64,000 bases of DNA from Marispirochaeta sp. (GTDB lineage: Bacteria > Spirochaetota > Spirochaetia > JC444 > Marispirochaetaceae), in contig CAXXFF010000004.1 of NCBI GenBank assembly GCA_963676835.2, positions 480,001 to 544,000 on the forward strand, read 5' to 3'. The notes beneath the pieces are model-generated. The model saw nothing but the letters and a program-made list of their open reading frames with translations. It ran no database searches and was not told the DNA's origin. A program made the translations under genes and the position numbers. Positions within the stretch are counted from its first letter, which is position 1. Each line of letters begins with the position of its first letter. This document shows, piece after piece, positions 57,910 through 64,000 of this stretch.

Positions 57910-57930
57910 GTTAATCTTAAATTACACGTT

Positions 57931-57960
57931 GCAGGCCGGGATTCCCGGCCTGTTTTTTTA
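57931..57960 (+). terminator. Rho-independent terminator of acnA
   Basis: GCAGGCCGGG-ATT-CCCGGCCTGT-TTTTTT. Confidence 0.88.
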
Positions 57961-57963
57961 TGT

Positions 57964-58108
57964 GGTGGTTTCGACATTTCGACCGCTTCGGCTTCGCTCA
58001 GCACCAGTCCGCTCAGTGCGGGCATTTCGACGTTGCTCAATACGAGCTTCGCTCAATATGGTGATAATCTGCCTGATAGGTGGTTTCGACTTCGCTCAAC
58101 CACCGCAT
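57964..58108. repeat. Direct repeat copy 1 (nested TTCGAC..GCTCA units)
   Basis: Near-identical to 60406-60533; degenerate inverted unit follows at ~58121-58151. Confidence 0.88.
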
Positions 58109-58228
58109 TAATAAAGTGTTATGCTGAGCTAAGAGGAAATGGTCGAAACCACTATTTCCTAAACATATGTAACAGTGTAATGATCTACCAAAATGTTGTA
58201 TTATAGAAGGAAATACCAAGGAGGACAC

Positions 58229-58429
58229 ATGCAGACACTAGTTGAGACCATGGTAAAGAAACTGGATCATATGTCTCCTGAACGACTTGCAGAAGTTGAC
58301 GACTTTATTGATTTCCTCATTCAGAGGGACAGGGATACTCAATTATATAAAGATTTTGCTCAAGCCTCGGAATCAGTATTCGAAAAAGTTTGGGACAATG
58401 ATGATGACGCCGTCTACGATTCATTATAG
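58229..58429 (+). CDS. Antitoxin (DUF2281-like)
   Basis: LAEVDDFIDFL...WDNDDDAVYDSL; AGGAGG SD; overlaps the toxin start. Confidence 0.78.
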   Translation: MQTLVETMVKKLDHMSPERLAEVDDFIDFLIQRDRDTQLYKDFAQASESVFEKVWDNDDDAVYDSL

Positions 58430-58769
58430 TTTTGGCGACATAGTGCTGGTAAAATTCCCTTTTACCAACCTTCAGGCTACAAAGCAGCGTCCGGCAGTTA
58501 TTATCAGCAGCCAACTTTATAATATAAACAGACCTGATATTATTCTTATGGCTGTGACCAGCCGTATCCCAACTCCCTTATCTCCGGATGAGGCAAAAAT
58601 TCAAAAATGGAAAGAAGCCGGATTAGTTAAGCCTTCTGTTTTTAAACCACTTATTGCAACAATTGAGAAAAATCAGATTATTAGAACCCTTGGAAATATC
58701 ACATCTGAAGACAAGTCGCGATTAACTGAAATACTTGATACCATTCTCGGAAAAGGTAAAGAGGAATAG
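58404..58769 (+). CDS. PemK/MazF family toxin
   Basis: GDIVLVKFPFTNLQATKQRPAVIIS, MAVTS, GLVKPS; start among ATGs at 58398/58401/58404. Confidence 0.88.
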   Translation: MTPSTIHYSFGDIVLVKFPFTNLQATKQRPAVIISSQLYNINRPDIILMAVTSRIPTPLSPDEAKIQKWKEAGLVKPSVFKPLIATIEKNQIIRTLGNITSEDKSRLTEILDTILGKGKEE

Positions 58770-58794
58770 TATCCCCAGCAATCTCAATACTCCT

Positions 58795-58911
58795 CATTCA
58801 CGTACATGAATATTCACACAACTCCTCTCGATCAAAGACCATAATATTCACGAACACGAATATTCTTGATTTATTCAATATATAAACATATAATATTCAT
58901 GTACACGAATA
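58795..58911 (+). promoter_or_regulatory. hipBA promoter with three palindromic operators (TATTC-N8-GAATA)
   Basis: Sites at 58795 (CATTC variant), 58845 and 58894; TTGATT-17-TATAAT at 58866-58894. Confidence 0.78.
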
Positions 58912-58938
58912 TATTTTTATATTCAGGAGAACAGGATA

Positions 58939-59175
58939 ATGCCCTTGCCGGTACAGTCAGCTGCACAAATAGGAGAACTCATTCGTTTAGAACGGAAGCG
59001 GCAGAAAATTCTGCAGCAAGATCTGGCAGATCTTAGCGGTGTAAGTCTTCATTTTTTGTCTAATCTTGAAAACGGTAAGGAAACAGTTGAGTTTCAGAAG
59101 ATGCTGCTGGTTTTGAACACCCTTGGTATAGAAATGGAATTGAAAACCCGGGTTTCCAATGGCGGCAATATATGA
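58939..59175 (+). CDS. hipB: HipB-like XRE HTH antitoxin
   Basis: QQDLADLSGVSLHFLSNLENGK; ATGA overlap with hipA. Confidence 0.85.
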   Translation: MPLPVQSAAQIGELIRLERKRQKILQQDLADLSGVSLHFLSNLENGKETVEFQKMLLVLNTLGIEMELKTRVSNGGNI

Positions 59176-60404
59176 AGCTTAAAGTACTGTATGAAAGCTA
59201 CCTGGTCGGCATTCTTCATCAGGATACTGGCGGCAGAATCAATTTTGACTACAGCACTGAATGGAAAAACTCACATGAATCCTTTCCCGTTTCACACAGC
59301 CTGCCGCTGTCAGGTAATTTTGAAAAGGGCATAATCGATCATCAATTTTTTGCCAATCTGTTACCAGAAGCGGCTGCCAGAGAAACAATCTGCCGGGGAC
59401 TCGGAATTTCAAGAGATAATGATTTTGAGCTGTTAGCAGCAATAGGCGGGGAATGCGCTGGTGCACTTCAGATTATGCCGGAAGAAACTGATCAGCCGCA
59501 TGATTGCGATTATGAACCTATCAGTGATACTGACCTAAAGAAAGCCCTGGAAACACGCATTCCCTACACCAGACTCTCACCCGGAGGAAAACTCAGACTG
59601 TCTCTCGCCGGGGCACAGGATAAATGGCCGGTTTATGTTGAAGATGGAAAACTCTACTGGCCGATCGGCAGTGCCCCAAGTTCCCATATTCTCAAGTTTA
59701 CAAACCGGGACTTTAAAGGACTTCACTGGAATGAAGCGTACACAAGCTTTTTAGCGCGGAAAACAAGCCTTCCGGTGGTGGATGTAACAATCGGAGACGG
59801 GTATTCCCTGACCAGACGATATGATCGTCTGCCGGATAATACCGGGACAATTTCACGGCTTCATCAGGAAGATTTTTGTCAGGCCCTTGGGTATCCATAC
59901 TATAAGAAATACGAGAGCGACGGAGGTCCGGTTTTCAGCGACTGTATAAATCTTGTCAGAAACATTAGCGTTTCTCCTGCGAAAGACCAACTCAATCTGC
60001 TTCAATGGCAGATACTCAATATTCTTCTGGGCAACGCCGACGGGCATGCAAAAAATCTTTCCATACTCTACAGCAAAACAGGACCCGTTCTTTCACCTTT
60101 TTATGATTTTGTTTGTACAGCGGTTTATCCGGGAATCAGCAGGGATCTTGCTCTATCTGTAGGCGGAAATGCAGATCCGGGACAAATTCGTATTCAGGAT
60201 TGGAACAAACTGGCTGATGAACTTGGAATACGCCCCAGAGTAATTCTGAACAGTTTTGATACTCTCAGTCAGTTGCTGCAGGATTCTCTTACTGCCTATT
60301 ATAATGAATTCGTCGAGATGAACGGCTCACATCCTGTACTTGAGTGGATAAATCAGGTAATTAATAAACGGATCAGGCGGGTGCGAACTCTATTGAAAGA
60401 GTAA
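59172..60404 (+). CDS. hipA: HipA family Ser/Thr kinase toxin
   Basis: FFANLLPE, SLAGAQDK, HILK, RYDR, HQEDFCQALG, GNADGHAKN, LSPFYD. Confidence 0.93.
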   Translation: MKLKVLYESYLVGILHQDTGGRINFDYSTEWKNSHESFPVSHSLPLSGNFEKGIIDHQFFANLLPEAAARETICRGLGISRDNDFELLAAIGGECAGALQIMPEETDQPHDCDYEPISDTDLKKALETRIPYTRLSPGGKLRLSLAGAQDKWPVYVEDGKLYWPIGSAPSSHILKFTNRDFKGLHWNEAYTSFLARKTSLPVVDVTIGDGYSLTRRYDRLPDNTGTISRLHQEDFCQALGYPYYKKYESDGGPVFSDCINLVRNISVSPAKDQLNLLQWQILNILLGNADGHAKNLSILYSKTGPVLSPFYDFVCTAVYPGISRDLALSVGGNADPGQIRIQDWNKLADELGIRPRVILNSFDTLSQLLQDSLTAYYNEFVEMNGSHPVLEWINQVINKRIRRVRTLLKE

Positions 60405-60405
60405 A

Positions 60406-60533
60406 GGTGGTTTCGACACTTCGACCGCTACGGCTTCGCTCAGCACCAGTCCGCTCAGTGCGGGCATTTCGACCAGCTCAATACGGTGATAATCTGCCTG
60501 ACAGGTGGTTTCGACTTCGCTCAACCACCGCAT
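60406..60533. repeat. Direct repeat copy 2 (nested TTCGAC..GCTCA units)
   Basis: Near-identical to 57964-58108 but 17 nt shorter (one internal GCTCAATA unit missing). Confidence 0.88.
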
Positions 60534-60570
60534 CTATGTTGCAGGATGCTGAGAGGTGACCAGAATATGA

Positions 60571-60831
60571 TCATCCATTCTTTAGCTTTCGCAGCGTATT
60601 CTCTGCAGTCTTCTTTGCATGTTCTATAAGACTGGCTGTATTTTCGCCAGAGATATAATCTCCTCTTTCGATCCCTTCTATCAAATCCCGTTCTTCCTCA
60701 TCCAGAGGTTCAAAATGTTTTGCTTCAAGCTTACCTTTCAGTTTTGTTTTGTATGTTTCCGAGAGATCAGTATCCGATGAGTACTTTCCAAAAATCTGTT
60801 TTCCAAGCTCAAAGGGTGTCTTTTTGTTCAT
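60571..60831 (-). CDS. Small protein, apparent chimera of two antitoxin fragments
   Basis: KTPFELGKQIFGKYSS..DLS.TYK..LK.KL.AKH joined to LDEEERDLIEGIERG...AKKTAENTLRK. Confidence 0.5.
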   Translation of the reverse strand: MNKKTPFELGKQIFGKYSSDTDLSETYKTKLKGKLEAKHFEPLDEEERDLIEGIERGDYISGENTASLIEHAKKTAENTLRKLKNG

Positions 60832-60837
60832 AAATTC

Positions 60838-61098
60838 CTACTCATAATGCGTCCACATCCTTAAGATTTTCACTGCCTTTTCTTCTTCCACCACCTGATA
60901 GACAATCCTGTGCTGGATATTAATACGGCGGGAAAAAGCTCCGGTTAAATCTCCCAGAAGCTTTTCATAGGGTGGGTACTCTATAAAAGGATCGTTTTCC
61001 AGGATTTCAAGGATCTCCTCAGCCTTTTTTTTAAGGTTGGACGAAGTTAGTTTCTTTGCATCTTTCTGAGCCTGTTTTGTGAAAAAAAGCCTATACAC
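60838..61098 (-). CDS. yoeB: Txe/YoeB family toxin
   Basis: PPYEKLLGDLTGAFSRRINIQHRIVY...MWTHYE. Confidence 0.92.
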   Translation of the reverse strand: MYRLFFTKQAQKDAKKLTSSNLKKKAEEILEILENDPFIEYPPYEKLLGDLTGAFSRRINIQHRIVYQVVEEEKAVKILRMWTHYE

Positions 61099-61340
61099 TA
61101 CCAGTCCAGATTTTCATCAAGTTCTGACGTCGGAGTATTGATTCCTTCCAAAATCGATTCTCTCATCCCCGGAATGGAGGTGAGAAACAGGGTCGCCTGG
61201 ATACTGCGCCAATCCTCTTCTCCTACCAGAACAGCAGAAGAATCTTTTCCAGTAATTTCAACCGGTTCGTGGGTTTCGTTAACCCGCTGCAGGATTTTGT
61301 ATAGATCCTTTCTCGCATTGGTTACATTGATACTGCTCAT
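61098..61340 (-). CDS. yefM: Phd/YefM family antitoxin
   Basis: NARKDLYKI..VNETHEPV.ITGK..AVLV.EEDWRSIQATLFL.SIPGMRESI. Confidence 0.92.
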   Translation of the reverse strand: MSSINVTNARKDLYKILQRVNETHEPVEITGKDSSAVLVGEEDWRSIQATLFLTSIPGMRESILEGINTPTSELDENLDW

Positions 61341-61348
61341 GGCACCTC

Positions 61349-61366
61349 CGTACGGTATAGCGTACG
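61349..61366. promoter_or_regulatory. Putative YefM-YoeB operator
   Basis: Two CGTACG palindromes 12 bp apart (61349, 61361), like the paired TGTACA cores of E. coli yefM-yoeB. Confidence 0.65.
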
Positions 61367-61420
61367 TAACAATACATCTTCATGGCATATAAGTCCAGTC
61401 TGCTGGAAGGTGGTTTCTGG

Positions 61421-61444
61421 TTATTCTTCAGCCTGCTTTTTCAT
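61421..61444 (-). pseudogene. Possible 5' stub of a HEPN gene (MKKQAEE*)
   Basis: ATG overlaps the MNT 3' end as in MNT-HEPN operons; stop after 7 codons. Confidence 0.35.
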
Positions 61445-61787
61445 ATAAGACTTTGCCGGTTTCGTGAATTTCCCTTTGAAATGAATTCATATTGTTCTTA
61501 ACTTTTTCATACTGCGGGATTGTGTATACTAACAAATCGATTGCGAACTTATTGTTTATCTCTCTTAGAACCCGCCGGACAATGAGTTTCTTTTGCTGCC
61601 ACTCATCATAGGTTCCGGGATCATCATAGTCTTCCAACACAACCAGAAGATCTATGTCACTATCCGGTGTGACCTGTCCTTTTGCATATGAACCAAAAAG
61701 CAAAACTTTACGAATTGGTAAAGATAAGAGACTGGAGACAATACTATTTAAAACAGATTCTATTTTCCGCTCTTCTTCAGTTACCAT
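61428..61787 (-). CDS. Minimal nucleotidyltransferase (MNT) domain protein
   Basis: LFGSYAKG...DSDIDLLVV, IDLLVYT, GKVLYE; start assigned at MVTEE. Confidence 0.88.
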   Translation of the reverse strand: MVTEEERKIESVLNSIVSSLLSLPIRKVLLFGSYAKGQVTPDSDIDLLVVLEDYDDPGTYDEWQQKKLIVRRVLREINNKFAIDLLVYTIPQYEKVKNNMNSFQREIHETGKVLYEKAG

Positions 61788-61835
61788 AGCTAAATAGTAG
61801 TCCACCTCAGGCAATATGTCGAGAGTATTACTTCC

Positions 61836-63215
61836 CTACACCATCTTCTCAGGCTTCACCCAGGCGTCAAACTCATCGGAGGTAAGGAATCCCAGACTGA
61901 CGCCGGCTTCCTTCAGGGTTACGTCCTCTTTAAAGGCCTTCTTGGCAATTTGAGCAGATTTATCGTAGCCGATATGGGGATTCAGTGCTGTTACAACCAT
62001 GAGAGTGCGGTCGAGATATTCGCCGATTTTCTCTTCGTTAGGCGTAAGCCCCTCGAGGCATCGGATACGGAAGCTATCCATGCCGTCGGCAAGGAGACGG
62101 ATGGACTGGAGAATGTTATAGATAATTACGGGTTTGTAGACGTTGAGCTCGAAGTTTCCCTGGGAGCAGGCGAAGGAAACTGCTGCGTTATTGCCGAGAA
62201 CCTGAACACAGAGCATGGTGAGGGCTTCGGACTGGGTGGGGTTTACTTTGCCGGGCATGATGGAGCTGCCGGGTTCGTTCTCCGGCAGGTTGAGCTCACC
62301 GATGCCGCAGCGGGGGCCGGAACCGAGCCAGCGGACGTCGTTGGCTATTTTTGTGAGAGCCGCTGCCAGTGTGGTGAGTGATCCGGATAAGGCTGCCATA
62401 CCGTCGTGGGCAGCCAGGAGGGCGAACTTGTTGGCATTGCAGGCGTACTTGTCGGAAGTAAGGCCTTCAAGTTCCGTACATACGGCCTCGGCAAAGCCCT
62501 CAGGGGCGTTAAGGCCGGTTCCGACGGCAGTGCCGCCGATGGGGAGTTCCAGCAGTTCTTCTGTGGATGTTTCAATACGTGAGAGAGCCTGGCGGACCTG
62601 TGCGGCATAGCCGGAAAATTCCTGACCGAGGCTGATGGGGACTGCATCCTGCAGGTGGGTTCGGCCTACTTTGATAATACCTGCGTATGCAGCAGCTTTG
62701 CTTTCAAGCTCTTCGGCGAAAGCATTTCCAGCCGTAAGCAGCCGCCGGCGTACCATGGTAACCGCGGCAATGTGCATGGCCGTGGGAAAGGAGTCGTTGG
62801 AGGATTGGGAACGGTTTACATCGTCGTTGGGATGGACCAAAGATTTATCGCCCGGACTGCCGCCGAGGATCTCCGCGGCCCTGTTGGCGATAACCTCATT
62901 GAGGTTCATGTTGGTCTGGGTACCGCTGCCGGTCTGCCAGACTACCAGGGGGAAATGTTCGGATAGACTACCGTTGATTACCTCGTCACAGGCGGAGATA
63001 AGGGCGTTGAGTTTGGATTGTTCCCAGGTTGCGGATGGGGCATTGGCAAGAACGCAGGCTTTTTTAAGAACACCGTAGGCGGTTATCAGCTCCGGCTGAA
63101 AACGTTCACCGCCGATGGGGAAATTCTCCACCGAGCGCTGGGTCTGGGAACCCCAGTAGCGGCAGGATTCGACCTGGACTTCGCCCATTGTGTCGCGTTC
63201 TGTTCTGTATGTCAT
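61836..63215 (-). CDS. fumC: Fumarate hydratase class II
   Basis: RTERDTMG, WQTGSGTQTNMN, HPNDDVN.SQSSND, GRTHLQDA, GSSIMPGKVNPTQ. Confidence 0.97.
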   Translation of the reverse strand: MTYRTERDTMGEVQVESCRYWGSQTQRSVENFPIGGERFQPELITAYGVLKKACVLANAPSATWEQSKLNALISACDEVINGSLSEHFPLVVWQTGSGTQTNMNLNEVIANRAAEILGGSPGDKSLVHPNDDVNRSQSSNDSFPTAMHIAAVTMVRRRLLTAGNAFAEELESKAAAYAGIIKVGRTHLQDAVPISLGQEFSGYAAQVRQALSRIETSTEELLELPIGGTAVGTGLNAPEGFAEAVCTELEGLTSDKYACNANKFALLAAHDGMAALSGSLTTLAAALTKIANDVRWLGSGPRCGIGELNLPENEPGSSIMPGKVNPTQSEALTMLCVQVLGNNAAVSFACSQGNFELNVYKPVIIYNILQSIRLLADGMDSFRIRCLEGLTPNEEKIGEYLDRTLMVVTALNPHIGYDKSAQIAKKAFKEDVTLKEAGVSLGFLTSDEFDAWVKPEKMV

Positions 63216-63337
63216 GAGTATGCTCCTCCGTGGGGGGTGTAGGAGGAGTGTAGCAGAAAAGGGGGGTATGGGGGAGAGGGGAGAGGGAAAAGAGAAGCTA
63301 CCTATGAAAGCAGGGAATTTCCTGATAAGATAGACTC

Positions 63338-63538
63338 ATGAAGAAAGGTAAAAGCAGGACAAAGAATCCCCCTCCAGACCAATCATCATTTAACCCATCG
63401 AAAAGAAACAATCAGACAACTATGCCTGAAAGACTAAACACAACGATAAAATTCCGTGGGGAAAGAGGCAATCTGGATAAATTCATGGCAGTTCTAGATA
63501 AGGTTAAAGATGTACCGCCTGATGAATACGATGCATAG
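63338..63538 (+). CDS. Hypothetical small protein with an antitoxin-like C-terminus (possible remnant)
   Basis: RGERGNLDKFMAVLDKVKDVPPDEYD resembles the tail of HicB-like RHH antitoxins; TGnTAAGAT 6 nt before ATG. Confidence 0.4.
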   Translation: MKKGKSRTKNPPPDQSSFNPSKRNNQTTMPERLNTTIKFRGERGNLDKFMAVLDKVKDVPPDEYDA

Positions 63539-63563
63539 ACAGGTTCCTGTTGCCTCGACATGC

Positions 63564-63998
63564 TCAGGTGTTTCGGCAATATACCTTCCAGGAAGTTTCA
63601 ATCAATGACTCAGCACTGCTGAACCGTGCTTCCCAGCCTAACAGCTCCTTTGCCAGTGCGGATGAAGCCACCAGCTTTTCCGGGTCCCCCACCCGCCTGG
63701 GGGCAATTTCCGCGGGAATCGCTTTTCCGGTAACTCGACGAGCGGTTTCCAGCATCTCCGTAACGCTTAATCCGTTTTCACTTCCCAGATTCACTGTAAG
63801 AGAACTGTTGTTCTGAACAAGATACTGAAATGCTTTGTAATGGGCTGCGGCCAGGTCACTTACATGGACATAATCGCGGATGCAGGTGCCGTCGGGGGTG
63901 TTGTAATCATTTCCGAAGATCTGCAGTTTCTCACGGGTTCCCGCGGCAACTTCCATAATAATTGGAAGAAGGTTGGCGGGGTTCATTTCGAGGCCTGA
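63564..63998 (-). CDS. galE: UDP-glucose 4-epimerase (5' part outside window)
   Basis: NLLP, IFGNDYNTPDGTCIRDYVHVSDLA.AH, NLGS..G.SV, RRVGDP. Confidence 0.92.
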   Translation of the reverse strand, partial: SGLEMNPANLLPIIMEVAAGTREKLQIFGNDYNTPDGTCIRDYVHVSDLAAAHYKAFQYLVQNNSSLTVNLGSENGLSVTEMLETARRVTGKAIPAEIAPRRVGDPEKLVASSALAKELLGWEARFSSAESLIETSWKVYCRNT

Positions 63999-64000
63999 AA

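Noticed and set aside
57964..60533. Repeats as a CRISPR array or integron attC sites
   Set aside because: No regular repeat-spacer period, no cas or intI gene, and no clear RYYYAAC/GTTRRRY ends

Overview
Bacterial chromosomal window, probably from an anaerobic free-living spirochaete (inferred from signal peptides such as AWSNGQSD and AFAGGIAD; not verified). It carries central-metabolism genes (nifJ/PFOR, pyk, zwf, acnA, fumC, partial galE), a TolC-MFP-RND efflux operon with a two-component system, a TRAP catabolic operon next to a membrane-anchored AraC regulator, several c-di-GMP and two-component signalling genes, and many toxin-antitoxin (TA) modules. No rRNA, tRNA, CRISPR array, transposase or integrase was seen. 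Best leads: (1) a ~110-nt structured candidate ncRNA with its own promoter upstream of zwf; (2) a TA cluster between acnA and fumC, partly bracketed by nested TTCGAC..GCTCA direct repeats and containing chimeric and truncated TA remnants; (3) the transmembrane-AraC/TRAP/esterase/URO-D-family operon; (4) REP-like half-elements bracketing nifJ; (5) many apparently leaderless genes. All calls are motif recognition by eye, with no database searches.
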